A stretch of DNA of 64,000 nucleotides from Bacteroidota bacterium (GCA_030679145.1 JAUXTU010000047.1:12018-76017), one strand, 5' to 3'; shown: positions 39,923 to 50,627, counted from the stretch's first letter. The notes: generated by a model not told the origin, from the sequence alone. Numbers and translations are program-made.

Positions 39923-40840
39923 CTACGTATCTAAAAGATCGATCAATCGTTCAAGGTCATCTGGATTATAAAACTCAATCCCAATTTCACCGCCGCCTGC
40001 AGCATTTTTACTGATGGTGATCTTCGTTCCAAATTTATGACGAAGACGTGTTTCAATTTGATTGAACGCTGCATTTCCTCGCAATGTTGGGGAATGTGAT
40101 GAAGAAGTTTTACCCGACTTTTTGGAATCTCTTCCTTTTATTTCATCTTCAATTTTACGAACAGACCAACCCTTTTCAATGATCTTATTGAATAATTTCA
40201 ACTGGGTCTTCTCATCAACCGCACCAAGCAATGCTCTGGCATGGCCCATCGAGAGTTTATTTTCCCGAACACTTTGACGAATTTTTTCAGGAAGTTTCAA
40301 CAGCCGCAAAAAGTTTGTAATGGTTGAACGTTCTTTGCCGACTTTTTCTGCAACTTGGTCCTGTGTTAACTTACACTCTTCCATCAATCGTTTAAATGAA
40401 AGAGAAATTTCTATCGGATTGAGATTCTCTCGCTGAAGATTTTCGATCAATCCTAATTCGAGCATCTCCGCGTCACTTTCAACCTGCATCACATACGCTG
40501 GGATTGTCTTTAATCCAAGTTCCTGCGATGCACGAACACGACGTTCGCCTGATATCAATTCATAGATGCCGGACATCATACGGCGAACAGCGATCGGTTG
40601 GATAATTCCGTTCTGTTTGATCGATTGTTTCAGCTCCTCGAGCGAACGCTGATCAAAATCCTGTCGAGGCTGGAACGGATTGGGAGAGATCCTCGAAATT
40701 TCAATTTCAGCTGTTGAGGTTCCTGAATTCTCATCTCGCGGCAACGGTTTTAATGTTGATTGCTCATCCCGTTCAGGAATGCGCGGTATAAGTGCGCTTA
40801 ATCCCTTGCCCAATACTGATTTTGATTTGAAATCTGACAT
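39923..40840 (-). CDS. parB: Chromosome partitioning protein ParB
   Basis: LGKGLSALI, NPFQPR, GERRVRA and IENLQRENL. Confidence 0.96.
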   Translation of the reverse strand: MSDFKSKSVLGKGLSALIPRIPERDEQSTLKPLPRDENSGTSTAEIEISRISPNPFQPRQDFDQRSLEELKQSIKQNGIIQPIAVRRMMSGIYELISGERRVRASQELGLKTIPAYVMQVESDAEMLELGLIENLQRENLNPIEISLSFKRLMEECKLTQDQVAEKVGKERSTITNFLRLLKLPEKIRQSVRENKLSMGHARALLGAVDEKTQLKLFNKIIEKGWSVRKIEDEIKGRDSKKSGKTSSSHSPTLRGNAAFNQIETRLRHKFGTKITISKNAAGGGEIGIEFYNPDDLERLIDLLDT

Positions 40841-40866
40841 AGGATATTTAGTGATGTTTAATTTTT

Positions 40867-41685
40867 CTACAGTGACTTTGCAACTGGCTTCAAAGATGAA
40901 TCTCTATGAGACGCATGATGATTCTGTGAATTTTTCATCACTTCTTTTGCAAGATCGATATAATTCTTACTACCCGAAGAAACTGCATCATATAACAGAA
41001 TAGGTTTTCCAAAACTTGGAGCTTCACTCAATCGCACATTACGAGTGACAATCACAGAGAATACTTTCTCACCGAAATATTTTTTCACTTCATCAACAAT
41101 CTGGTTCGATAATCGCAAGCGGGAATCGAACATTGTCATCAACACACCTTCTATATCAAGCGATGAATTGAATGATTTTTTTACTCCATTGATGGTATTC
41201 AGCAGTTGACCAAGACCTTCCAGGGCGTAATATTCGCATTGCACAGGAATAAGAACCGAATCTGCAGCGGTCAGCGCATTTAATGTGATCAAGCTTAATG
41301 ATGGAGGACAATCTATAACAACATAGTCAAATTTCTTACGGATGGAAACCAGTGCATTACGTAATTTGTGCTCTCGATTTTCTTCATTTACCAATTCAAC
41401 TTCCAGTCCAACCATATTTATATGAGAAGGTATAACAGAAAGGAACGGCATTGATGTTTTGATAACAGCATCTTCAGCAGAGATACTTCCATAGATCACT
41501 TCGTACGCACTTCGATCAAGCGATTTGCTTTCAAAACCAACGCCGCTGGTTGCATTCGCCTGCGGGTCGATATCGATCAACAGCGTTTCCTTCTCAGCAG
41601 CAGCTAAAGAGGCAGCAAGATTCACTGCGGTAGTGGTTTTCCCGACACCACCCTTTTGATTTGCTATGGCTATTACTTTTCCCAT
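40867..41685 (-). CDS. parA: ParA/Soj ATPase
   Basis: [23 protein letters not shown] and EAPSFG. Confidence 0.96.
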   Translation of the reverse strand: MGKVIAIANQKGGVGKTTTAVNLAASLAAAEKETLLIDIDPQANATSGVGFESKSLDRSAYEVIYGSISAEDAVIKTSMPFLSVIPSHINMVGLEVELVNEENREHKLRNALVSIRKKFDYVVIDCPPSLSLITLNALTAADSVLIPVQCEYYALEGLGQLLNTINGVKKSFNSSLDIEGVLMTMFDSRLRLSNQIVDEVKKYFGEKVFSVIVTRNVRLSEAPSFGKPILLYDAVSSGSKNYIDLAKEVMKNSQNHHASHRDSSLKPVAKSL

Positions 41686-41803
41686 TGATTTAACTGATTA
41701 CTGCTTGCACTCGCTTAAATTTTTCTTATTTTGTATCAAACTGTAACAATATACTTCATTTCAAAAATGGAAGCAATGTATTTGCTTTCAATATCAATGT
41801 CTT

Positions 41804-42193
41804 ATGGAAAAGCTCGTATTTATCGGTTTAGGTGGATTTTTAGGAAGTATTGCACGGTATGGGTTGACATCTCTCGTTCAAACTAAGACAGAAAGCCTTT
41901 TCCCCTATGGAACAATGCTGGTGAACATCCTCGGTTGTTTTATCATTGGTTTATTAATGACTCTCTTTCAAGAACGGATCGTCGTCAGCCAAAATGTCCG
42001 GTTCTTTCTCATTATTGGAATCTTAGGCGGATTCACAACTTTCTCTTCGTTCAGTTATGATACATTTGCAATGATGAAATCCGGAAACTTTTTTGGTGCA
42101 GGATTAAATACCGGCGTAAGTCTCTTTGGATGTCTTATTGCAACGTGGGCAGGTTTTTATGCAGGAGAGATCTTTAGTTCAAACAAATTTTGA
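41804..42193 (+). CDS. crcB: Fluoride efflux channel
   Basis: GGFLGSIARY, GTMLVNILG and GGFTTFSSF. Confidence 0.95.
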   Translation: MEKLVFIGLGGFLGSIARYGLTSLVQTKTESLFPYGTMLVNILGCFIIGLLMTLFQERIVVSQNVRFFLIIGILGGFTTFSSFSYDTFAMMKSGNFFGAGLNTGVSLFGCLIATWAGFYAGEIFSSNKF

Positions 42194-43111
42194 ATTTTCT
42201 GAAAATCGGTATCCTCGTAAAAACTCTTCTGCACTCATTCGTTTCTTCCCCTCTTGCTGAAGTTCAAGAATCTCTATCGAACCATCGGAAGTATTTACAA
42301 TTATTTTGTTTTGAGTAACAACAATACCGCCGACATTAGATTCTGAATTCTGAATTCTGAATTCTGAATTCTTCGAACGAAATATCTTGATCTGTTTATC
42401 ATCATGAACTGTCCACGCTGCAGGATACGGTGAAAGTCCGCGTACAAAATTATGAATCGAATCGGTGTTTTGCTTCCAGTTGATTCGGCAAGTTTCTTTA
42501 AAGATTTTTGGTGCAGGGGATGATAGTGTATTATCCTGCTGTTGTGGATTTACTTTCCCGCTTTCGATCAAACGAACTGTTTCCAACACTGCATTTGCAC
42601 CAATTTCAGAAAGTGCATCGTGTAATTCCCCCGCGTTCATTTCATCCGAAATCGGAATCCGTTTCTGCAGAATGATATTCCCTGTATCAACTTTGTCTTG
42701 TAGAAAGAACGTTGTTACACCCGATTCTTTTTCTCCGTTGATGATCGCCCAGTTGATCGGCGCTGCGCCGCGGTATTTTGGCAGCAGCGAAGCATGAAGA
42801 TTGAACGAACCTTTTGCAGGGATCGTATACACTTCCTTCGGCAAAATTCTAAATGCTACAACAATAAACAAATCCGGTTTGAGATTCGAGATTCGAGAAA
42901 TGAAAGATTCGTCTTTAAGTTGTTCGGGCTGCAAAACTGGAATGGAATGTTTTTGTGCAAATTCTTTTACCGGAGTAAAACTAACTTGTTGTCCTCGGCC
43001 ACGCGGTTTATCGGGCGCAGTAACAATTGCAGAAATTGTGTAGTTGTTCTTTAATAATATATCCAGACTTGGAACAGCAAAATCCGGAGTGCCCATAAAT
43101 ATAATCTTCAT
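42179..43111 (-). CDS. fmt: Methionyl-tRNA formyltransferase
   Basis: FMGTPDFA and NLHASLLPKYRGAAPI. Confidence 0.97.
   Translation of the reverse strand: MKIIFMGTPDFAVPSLDILLKNNYTISAIVTAPDKPRGRGQQVSFTPVKEFAQKHSIPVLQPEQLKDESFISRISNLKPDLFIVVAFRILPKEVYTIPAKGSFNLHASLLPKYRGAAPINWAIINGEKESGVTTFFLQDKVDTGNIILQKRIPISDEMNAGELHDALSEIGANAVLETVRLIESGKVNPQQQDNTLSSPAPKIFKETCRINWKQNTDSIHNFVRGLSPYPAAWTVHDDKQIKIFRSKNSEFRIQNSESNVGGIVVTQNKIIVNTSDGSIEILELQQEGKKRMSAEEFLRGYRFSENSKFV
42340..42372. repeat. Heptamer tandem (ATTCTGA)x4.7 inside fmt
   Basis: Encodes KNSEFRIQNSES. A second, weaker heptamer run GAGATTC-GAGATTC-GAGAAAT lies at 42881-42901. Confidence 0.85.
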
Positions 43112-43144
43112 TTACCACCGCAAAAATGCAATGACTTTCAATAT

Positions 43145-43729
43145 TTACAAAACTATTTTTTTACTCTTTGACTTTGATTTCGGTTCGCCCGCAATCACTA
43201 CTTCGTATTGAGTTTCAACATCACCTTTGGATATCTTTTTCAATCTCGACCGCAATAATGTCCGTTTGGTTGAGCTTAAATGATCCAAAAAGAGAACGCC
43301 GTTCAAATGATCGATCTCGTGTAATAAAACTCTCGCCAACATTCCATCAGCTTCTACTTCACAATCATTCATATTGATGTCGTTGTATTTCAATCTGATC
43401 TTTTCTGCCCGCCAGACTTTTTCCCGTACATCAGGAATGCTCAAACATCCCTCTTCCATCTCCCATTCACCCTCTTCATCAACAATTTCCGGATTGATGA
43501 CAACCATCGGCTTTGTTCCTTCACCCACTTCCATATCGGAAATATCCACAACCAATATCTGCTTTAATTCACCAACCTGGTTCGCCGCTAAACCGATACC
43601 GTTGGATTCATGCATTGTTTCAAACATTTCCTTTACCAATTTGATATCTGCATCAGTCACTTCAGTAACTTTTTTTGCCTTTTTCTTCAGGACGTCGTTG
43701 CCGTATAAGTAAATAGGTAATGTTGACAT
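43145..43729 (-). CDS. def: Peptide deformylase
   Basis: GIGLAANQVG, EGCLS and HEIDHLNG. Confidence 0.97.
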   Translation of the reverse strand: MSTLPIYLYGNDVLKKKAKKVTEVTDADIKLVKEMFETMHESNGIGLAANQVGELKQILVVDISDMEVGEGTKPMVVINPEIVDEEGEWEMEEGCLSIPDVREKVWRAEKIRLKYNDINMNDCEVEADGMLARVLLHEIDHLNGVLFLDHLSSTKRTLLRSRLKKISKGDVETQYEVVIAGEPKSKSKSKKIVL

Positions 43730-43742
43730 AGATAGATCCGAT

Positions 43743-44414
43743 TTATTGAATTATTCTTCTTGCTTCAGTATAGCGCTTTTTATAATACGATGAATACAAT
43801 GATGATAATGTTACACCGAAACTAACGCTCGCATGCGCGAACATATCATCACCGATATAGATTCCAACGTGAGACGGATTCTGTCCCGTTGTGTTAAAAA
43901 AAATCAAATCACCAAATTTCAAATTTTCTTGTGACACCGAGGCTCCAAGTTTCACTTGCGCCTCTGTTGTTCTTGGCAGATCCATTCCTGCGCTTGATTT
44001 AAATATTTCTCTTGAAAATGCTGAGCAATCGATTCCAGATTTCGTTTCTCCACCAAGTTCGTATGGAGTTCCTAACCACGCAAGGATTGCATCCATCATT
44101 TTCTGCTGTTCAAAACTTCCCGATGTTGCAATATCAGATTTTTTAGGTTCAGAACTCTCTTTTGTTTCTTTTTTCGGTGCAGCAGATTTGGTTGATTGTT
44201 TTGCGCTGCTGAATCTTTCACCCACTTTTTTTACGTCAACTTTCTTATCGTCTTCCTTTGTCTCCTCTTCAACAACTTTGGAAGAAAAACGAATATTCCC
44301 TTTTTTGCTCTTCTTCGTCTCTTTTTTTGTGTCTTCGTTTCCGGCAAAACGAGGGGAAGATGATCCGCATCCAAAAAGAAATATTACAACAATTGAGCAA
44401 AATATGATTTTCAT
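43743..44414 (-). CDS. NlpC/P60 lipoprotein
   Basis: Lipobox LFGC; WLGTPY..GIDCSAF..HVGIY..FAHAS. Confidence 0.92.
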   Translation of the reverse strand: MKIIFCSIVVIFLFGCGSSSPRFAGNEDTKKETKKSKKGNIRFSSKVVEEETKEDDKKVDVKKVGERFSSAKQSTKSAAPKKETKESSEPKKSDIATSGSFEQQKMMDAILAWLGTPYELGGETKSGIDCSAFSREIFKSSAGMDLPRTTEAQVKLGASVSQENLKFGDLIFFNTTGQNPSHVGIYIGDDMFAHASVSFGVTLSSLYSSYYKKRYTEARRIIQ

Positions 44415-44499
44415 TAAAACAAATTTAAGAAAATTATTTGAACTAAAAAATTAAAAGACGCTAATTTCACTGGAAGCTTTGACACACAATTTCTTATAA

Positions 44500-45573
44500 T
44501 TATCTACCATGATAAATAACTCCATTTTCTGTGTCACAAATAAAAACCTCATTACCATCCGTCCAAACTCCCCAAAAGAGTGCAAAAGAATCAACAGTAT
44601 GATTTGGAATATCAATGAAAATCTGCTTCCAATCGGTACCGTTGTAATGGTAAACAAGATTCCACTGACCAACGGCGAAAATATTCTTTGAAGATTGAAT
44701 CATTTTTTCAGCAAAGAATGTTGGTGTGTTAAATTCTTTGTGCCAAGACATCGGATCAATATTACCATTCAGGGTTATCGTTGCAGATATTAGTCCATTA
44801 GCAAACGAATTCAGACTATAATTGGTTGCCCAGAAGAGTCCAGCAAACTTCAATTCCGCATCAGTAGTTTTATCTATAAGCTTAAAATTACTTCCATCAA
44901 ACATATATGCAAGTTGTATATTCTTTCCCCACGGGCTATATGCATTTAAGTAAATATATTTATCATTCACAGCTATTGATCCAACAGTAATACTATCTGC
45001 TATTTTAAAATTTTTCCATTGACTACCATCATAATGTAAAGCGTACTCATATCCACCAACCCAAATATTATTTTTGGTAATTCCATAAACGTTATATAAA
45101 TGCCCAGCAATTGCCTGCACGTTGGACGGGGTAACGTCTAACCATACATTTCCATCATAGTGCATTATAAATGCACTAAGAACATTCTGTTTTATTTTCC
45201 TTCCAAATGCCCACACATTGTTTTTCTCCGTTCCCCATACTGCATACACAACTTTATTTCCTGTGTTTTCAGTGATTGGAGTACCCGCTGTTGCTCTTGT
45301 CCATTTAGTGCCGTCAAAATGCCACAAACAATCTCGAACATCTGCTGCATCTCCTGTAGCACCCCAAATGTCTGCTGAGGAACTTCCCCATATAGACTCC
45401 AATTGAATTTTACTGGGAAGATTACCGTATTCAACGCTGTCGATGGACCAGATATAATCCCGTCTTCCTGGTTTAGTATCATCTATCGTGGATACAGGAT
45501 CTTTATTACAATCAATCATCAAAAGAGAAAGAATGGAGAGGATAATTAGTGCTATGGATATTCGAGTTCTCAT
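44500..45573 (-). CDS. Putative lipoprotein with beta-propeller-like repeats
   Basis: Cys after a hydrophobic stretch; repeated WG..N(V/I)W..G..HYDG..W units. Confidence 0.65.
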   Translation of the reverse strand: MRTRISIALIILSILSLLMIDCNKDPVSTIDDTKPGRRDYIWSIDSVEYGNLPSKIQLESIWGSSSADIWGATGDAADVRDCLWHFDGTKWTRATAGTPITENTGNKVVYAVWGTEKNNVWAFGRKIKQNVLSAFIMHYDGNVWLDVTPSNVQAIAGHLYNVYGITKNNIWVGGYEYALHYDGSQWKNFKIADSITVGSIAVNDKYIYLNAYSPWGKNIQLAYMFDGSNFKLIDKTTDAELKFAGLFWATNYSLNSFANGLISATITLNGNIDPMSWHKEFNTPTFFAEKMIQSSKNIFAVGQWNLVYHYNGTDWKQIFIDIPNHTVDSFALFWGVWTDGNEVFICDTENGVIYHGR

Positions 45574-45626
45574 AACCCAAACTTTTTGTTAAATACTATG
45601 ATTTTAAAAGTCAATGTAGAAAAAAT

Positions 45627-45657
45627 AAAAACCCTTCGAATATATCGAAGGGTTTTT
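45627..45657. terminator. Terminator after the sigma factor gene
   Basis: AAAAACCCTTCGA-ATATA-TCGAAGGGTTTTT. Confidence 0.8.
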
Positions 45658-45689
45658 AAGCATGTTCGAATTACATAAAAAATAGTTTA

Positions 45690-46547
45690 TTATCCGAGAT
45701 ACGAACGTAAATTTTTACTGCGCGATGCATGACGCAGCCGACGGATTGCTTTTTCTTTGATCTGACGAACACGTTCACGGGTAAGGTTAAACTTCTCGCC
45801 GATCTCTTCCAACGTTAACGAATGTTCTTTATGCAATCCAAAATACAAGCGGATCACTTCAGATTCACGTTCACTTAACGTAGCAAGTGCGCGTTTCACT
45901 TCTTCTTTCAATGATTCATCCATTAAGATAGAATCAGGCGCAGGTTGACGCTCATCCTGAATAACATCGAGCAGGCGATTGTCTTCTCCCTGAGCAAACG
46001 GCGCATCAACCGATAGATGCCGCCCAGAAATTTTGAGTGTGTCTGCAACTTCGAACACGGACATATCAAGTTCTTCCGCAAGTTCGCTCGCGCTCGGTTC
46101 GCGTTCAAATTCCTGTTCAAGCTGGCTGAATGCTTTACCGATCTTGTTCAACGCACCGACTCGGTTCAATGGAAGACGAACGATACGAGACTGCTCTGCA
46201 AGTGCCTGAAGGATCGATTGACGGATCCACCATACTGCGTATGAAATAAATTTGAATCCGCGCGTTTCATCAAACCGTTTTGCAGCTTTTATTAAACCAA
46301 GATTTCCTTCGTTGATAAGATCACCAAGCGATAATCCCTGGTTCTGATATTGTTTTGCAACGCTCACAACGAAACGCAAGTTAGCTTTCGTCAATTTCTC
46401 CAATGCACGCTGTTCACCCTTTTTGATCCGCTTTGCAAGATCGATTTCCTCATCGGGAGTCAACAGATCAACTTTACCGATCTCCTGCAGATATTTATCG
46501 AGTGATTGGCTCTCTCTGTTCGTATACTGTTTTGTAATTTTAACCAT
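45690..46547 (-). CDS. rpoD: Primary-type RNA polymerase sigma factor (short FCB form, no region 1.1)
   Basis: [33 protein letters not shown] and [15 protein letters not shown]. Confidence 0.93.
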   Translation of the reverse strand: MVKITKQYTNRESQSLDKYLQEIGKVDLLTPDEEIDLAKRIKKGEQRALEKLTKANLRFVVSVAKQYQNQGLSLGDLINEGNLGLIKAAKRFDETRGFKFISYAVWWIRQSILQALAEQSRIVRLPLNRVGALNKIGKAFSQLEQEFEREPSASELAEELDMSVFEVADTLKISGRHLSVDAPFAQGEDNRLLDVIQDERQPAPDSILMDESLKEEVKRALATLSERESEVIRLYFGLHKEHSLTLEEIGEKFNLTRERVRQIKEKAIRRLRHASRSKNLRSYLG

Positions 46548-46589
46548 TAACGCTTCACCTTAATTGTATTCATTTATTAACTAAAAATT

Positions 46590-46802
46590 TCAGCAACACT
46601 CTTTTGATTCTTGTTTTGGAGGACATTTTTCACTTCCGTAACTACAAAACACACAGCAATCACCTGATTGTGGTTTTAGCATCGTTTTGCAATTAGAGCA
46701 CTCATAATAAAACTGACAAGAGTCAATTGCCATTGTTTCTTCTTTTTGAAATCCGCACTTCGGACAAGTAATCGTCGATTGAAGAATAAGTGTCGTCATC
46801 AT
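46590..46802 (-). CDS. GDCCVxC-domain small Cys-rich protein
   Basis: ITCPKCG..CQFYYECSNC..GDCCVFCSYG..CPP. Confidence 0.88.
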   Translation of the reverse strand: MMTTLILQSTITCPKCGFQKEETMAIDSCQFYYECSNCKTMLKPQSGDCCVFCSYGSEKCPPKQESKECC

Positions 46803-47188
46803 AGCTTCGCAATATCTTTTATTGAGTAAACTTTTAGCTTACTGATCCCTAAAAATCGCTTGGAATTCAATGTTATGATCGGCAGTTTACTTTCGATACA
46901 AACCCCAGCGATCAATGCAGAGAATTCGTTCTTACCAGACGAAACAACCGCTGCTATATTCTTTGCACTTTTCGAGTTTACTCCAAGCACTTTCAAAGCA
47001 CTCATTGCGTCATCTACTGCCTGCGTCTCTTTTAGACTCTTTGAAACAGAAAAAAGTTCAATCGCATTGAAAACGGTTGTGTAACAGAAGTATTCTTTTG
47101 ACAATGTTCTCAGAATTGACTGAGCATTCGTTGTTGTAAGATGTTCAGCAATAATGCTTGAATCTACGACAATTTTCTTCATTATCAC
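46799..47188 (-). CDS. PIN-domain (VapC-like) protein
   Basis: IVVDSSII..IEL..ALIAG..IITLNSKRF. Confidence 0.75.
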   Translation of the reverse strand: MIMKKIVVDSSIIAEHLTTTNAQSILRTLSKEYFCYTTVFNAIELFSVSKSLKETQAVDDAMSALKVLGVNSKSAKNIAAVVSSGKNEFSALIAGVCIESKLPIITLNSKRFLGISKLKVYSIKDIAKL

Positions 47189-47484
47189 GCAAACGCTCGC
47201 TTCATTCGTTCCGCAAAGCTTTTATTTTTGCTTAATGTACCTTGAGAAGCCAGAAATGTCATAACGTGTTGACGGTCTTCCAACTGCGTCTTACCGATCT
47301 GCTCGATTTCTGCTTCCGTAACATTCAATTTCGTCAATTGTTTTGACATGACACCGCCAAAAATATTGACCGTTACTTTTTCACCGGCTTTCAATTCAAG
47401 ATCGAACACCGGTTTTGAGAAAGAGATTTTTCCGTCTTTATCAACTTCAGCTTCAAACTGAATACTGTGCTTTGCTTTTTCCAT
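47185..47484 (-). CDS. Hypothetical protein, possible antitoxin partner
   Basis: FEAEVDKDGKI AbrB-like start; 4-nt overlap with the PIN gene. Confidence 0.55.
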   Translation of the reverse strand: MEKAKHSIQFEAEVDKDGKISFSKPVFDLELKAGEKVTVNIFGGVMSKQLTKLNVTEAEIEQIGKTQLEDRQHVMTFLASQGTLSKNKSFAERMKRAFA

Positions 47485-47487
47485 CTC

Positions 47488-48672
47488 TTAGATTACTTGA
47501 GGTAAGAAACTTGTGCCGCTTAATTCTTTTCCTTCAAATCCAAAATAGTCAACAACTGTTTTTCCAAGATCAGCGAATGTATTACGAATTCCTATATTCA
47601 CATTCTTTTTTCCGTTTGGAGAATATACGATCAGCGGAACATACTCACGTGAATGATCAGTACTGTTGTCTGTCGGATCGTTGCCATGATCTGCTGTGAG
47701 AATAAGAATATCGTCATCTCTTAACGTTTCGATAATTCTCGGAAGCTGAACGTCAAAATATTCCAATGCATCTTTCATTCCTTTCGGGTCCTGGCGGTGA
47801 CCGAACAGCGCATCAAAATCGACAAGGTTCGTGAAAATAAAACCTCTCTTTGTTTTTTTCGCCGAAGCGATCGTCTCATCAATTCCCTCAGCATTCGATT
47901 TCGTATGGATCTTTTCGCTCAAACTTTTTCCGGCAAACAGATCATCAATCTTGCCGATGGCAATCGTCGGAATTTTATTCTCAAATAAGATATCGAGCAT
48001 TGTTGTGCTCGGTGGAAATAACGAAAAATCTCTCCGATTAGTTGTCCGCTTATAATTCCCTTTTGTACCGATGAAAGGTCGGGCGATCACCCGACCAACC
48101 GCATGCTTTTCGATCATTACTTGATTGCGGGCAATAGTGCACAGTTCATACAATCGGTCAAGCGGGATCACATTTTCATTCGTCGCAATTTGAAGTACAG
48201 AATCTGCCGATGTGTAGACGATCGGATTTCCAGTTCGTTCATGTTCTGCTCCAAGTTGAGCAATTATTTCCGTACCTGAAGCAGCTTTATTTCCGAGAAT
48301 CCCTTTACATCCGGTCAATGCGCAAAATTTTTCAACAACATCCTTCGGAAATCCATTCGGATAATACGGAAAATCTTTTTCTAGAACTATTCCCGACATT
48401 TCCCAATGTCCGGTAGTACTGTCTTTCCCTTTTGAAACTTCCCGCATCTTTCCAAAATTTGCTGAGGCATTTCCATTACTTGGAACACCTTCAATTTTAG
48501 CGATGTTCCCTAATCCAAGCAATGCCATATTTGGCAATTTCAATCCACCCATTTTTGATGCAGTATTACCTAACGTGTTCGCCGCTTCATCGTGATATAT
48601 ATTTGCATCAGGAGCAGCACCAATTCCGACGCCATCTAGAACGATACAGATTATTTTACCATTTCTTTTCAT
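47488..48672 (-). CDS. deoB: Phosphopentomutase
   Basis: IVLDGVGIG, GKDSTTGHWE, YTSADSV, GRVIARPF and TADHGNDPT..DHSREYVP. Confidence 0.95.
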   Translation of the reverse strand: MKRNGKIICIVLDGVGIGAAPDANIYHDEAANTLGNTASKMGGLKLPNMALLGLGNIAKIEGVPSNGNASANFGKMREVSKGKDSTTGHWEMSGIVLEKDFPYYPNGFPKDVVEKFCALTGCKGILGNKAASGTEIIAQLGAEHERTGNPIVYTSADSVLQIATNENVIPLDRLYELCTIARNQVMIEKHAVGRVIARPFIGTKGNYKRTTNRRDFSLFPPSTTMLDILFENKIPTIAIGKIDDLFAGKSLSEKIHTKSNAEGIDETIASAKKTKRGFIFTNLVDFDALFGHRQDPKGMKDALEYFDVQLPRIIETLRDDDILILTADHGNDPTDNSTDHSREYVPLIVYSPNGKKNVNIGIRNTFADLGKTVVDYFGFEGKELSGTSFLPQVI

Positions 48673-50585
48673 TAAAAAACTCTGGCGATATTCCCGCCCG
48701 CTTTTTTTGCCTGTTCAAGCACATGCGTTACATTTTTGATCAGCTCGTCACTCAACATCTTTGCAGAGGCGCCGCTGATTCCGATCGTAACGGACAATGA
48801 GAAACTTCTTTTGTCAACTGAAACAATGCTTCCGGCAATTGCTGTACGGAGTTTTTCAGCCCACATAAATGCATCATTTGCGATCGTATCTCCAAGAATC
48901 ACTCCAAACGTTGAGGCATCAAATCGCCCCACAACATCGTACAGGCGAACACTTGCACGCAGATGACGAGCCACATGAATGAGTGCGGCCTCTTTCCCCT
49001 CTGCTCCATATCGTTGCTCTATATCGTGAAGATTGGATACTGAAACAAATACTAAACTTAAATCTTCTTCCCGGTCTGATGCACGATGCAACTCTTCGTT
49101 CAACCGAGTGACAAAATATTTTTTTGAGAGCGTTCCTGTCTGTTCATCAATGGCAATATGCTCGCTAAGGATCATATTTAATTCAGCGATCTCAAACGCA
49201 GGAGCTATTGTTGTAGAAAGAGATTGAATTGATGATATGTCTTTCTTTGAGAATGAATTTGCCTTCCGGTTTGACACCACGACTGCACCAAAACATTTTC
49301 CTCCGGAGGAGAATGGAACTGAGACCAGTGTTCCTTGTTTCAATACTTCAGATGACCGTTCATTCTCATTGAAGATTATTTTTGAATTCTGTGCAAGGTT
49401 GATCGTCTGCACGCTATTTGTTTTAATCGAATGTCCAACGATACCGCCCTCAAAATCGATCAGCTGTTTTGGCGAGACGAACCGATCATTTCCCCGCACC
49501 CGAGCAGACGCTACTGCCCATGCCCGCTGAGCATCATCAAACAATACAACACTGATCGAATCCCAGGAGATGATGTTCTCCAACTCTTCCGCCAGCGAAT
49601 TGATGATCAAAGTAATTGACGGTTGAATGGAAATCTTTTTTTTCAGATGTGTATCCGCTTCAACCAATTTTACATCAGCAGAAAGATCATATTTTTCCGT
49701 ATAACTTATCAGTAATGATGATATCAATGTTGCCGTGTGCGAAAGAATTGCAAATGTTTCATCACCGTATGCATCCTCTGCTTTACTATCAACCGCTAAG
49801 ACCGCGATCGGTGATTGTGCTGAACTATCACCGGCATAAAAAATCGGAACTCCAACAAACGATTTTACACCCTGCAAGTTTTTGTAGTAACAAAGAACAT
49901 CGCGTTCGGTTTCAGGAAGAATGTTGTTCACAATCTGCGGCTGACCATTCAATCCAATCTTACTCACCACATCCAACCCAAGCGAAATTTTTCGATCCTG
50001 CGTGAAAGCATCGCTATCGGATATTTTCCCTTCAACGATCAATTGACGTGTTTCCGTTTTCACCCAAAAAAATGTCACAGAATGTGCGAAACAGACTTCT
50101 TTGACAATTGCTAAAACTTTAAGCAGTAGGTTGGTAAATTCACTTTGGGGTTCTGCGTAACTCATGGAAATATTTTGTTTCTCCTCGAAAAAATCTGCTG
50201 CAGAAATTTTGGCGCGAGCGTGAGGCTGTTGTTGCTGCGGTACAAATTCTGTCCGGTTAAATTGAAAATGCTCACGTTCCGGTGTTGGTATTTCTACTAT
50301 CTGTTCTTCAATTTCATGTCCGCGTCCGCCATATCGTTCTGCTTCACTTGATTCCTCTTCACTTCCATCACCGATATGTTGTTTGAAATCTCCGGTCCTG
50401 TTCCTATAGTTGAAATATGCTATGTAGAAAAGAAAAGCGCCGATACCAACTGCAGTTATGTTGGTCAACGGCACTTTACTAAATACTCCTAAAAATACGA
50501 GAAGGACTCCAACGCCAGCCAGAACGACCTCTTCTAATAAACTTTTCATATTAGAATGGACGATTTCCTGCTGATTTGCCTGCAT
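48672..50585 (-). CDS. Membrane GAF-GAF protein with degenerate GGDEF domain
   Basis: Two TM helices, two GAF-like regions, DEQTGTL..RLYDVVGRFDASTF..VTIGIS. Confidence 0.8.
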   Translation of the reverse strand: MQANQQEIVHSNMKSLLEEVVLAGVGVLLVFLGVFSKVPLTNITAVGIGAFLFYIAYFNYRNRTGDFKQHIGDGSEEESSEAERYGGRGHEIEEQIVEIPTPEREHFQFNRTEFVPQQQQPHARAKISAADFFEEKQNISMSYAEPQSEFTNLLLKVLAIVKEVCFAHSVTFFWVKTETRQLIVEGKISDSDAFTQDRKISLGLDVVSKIGLNGQPQIVNNILPETERDVLCYYKNLQGVKSFVGVPIFYAGDSSAQSPIAVLAVDSKAEDAYGDETFAILSHTATLISSLLISYTEKYDLSADVKLVEADTHLKKKISIQPSITLIINSLAEELENIISWDSISVVLFDDAQRAWAVASARVRGNDRFVSPKQLIDFEGGIVGHSIKTNSVQTINLAQNSKIIFNENERSSEVLKQGTLVSVPFSSGGKCFGAVVVSNRKANSFSKKDISSIQSLSTTIAPAFEIAELNMILSEHIAIDEQTGTLSKKYFVTRLNEELHRASDREEDLSLVFVSVSNLHDIEQRYGAEGKEAALIHVARHLRASVRLYDVVGRFDASTFGVILGDTIANDAFMWAEKLRTAIAGSIVSVDKRSFSLSVTIGISGASAKMLSDELIKNVTHVLEQAKKAGGNIARVF

Positions 50586-50627
50586 TAATGAGTCCTTGTT
50601 CGTTTAGAAATCGCAAAAAACTTGACT

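Noticed and set aside
39923-41803. parS site or oriC near parAB
   Set aside because: No TGTTTCACGTGAAACA-like site or DnaA-box cluster seen by eye.
41686-41803. Fluoride riboswitch upstream of crcB
   Set aside because: No GGCGATG-type core or matching stems; the region is AT-rich.
42179-42193. Convergent 15-bp overlap of crcB and fmt
   Set aside because: Short 3' overlaps are common.
46590-46802. Selenocysteine readthrough in the GDCCVxC protein
   Set aside because: The motif is all Cys and the only TGA is terminal; no SECIS-like hairpin is evident.
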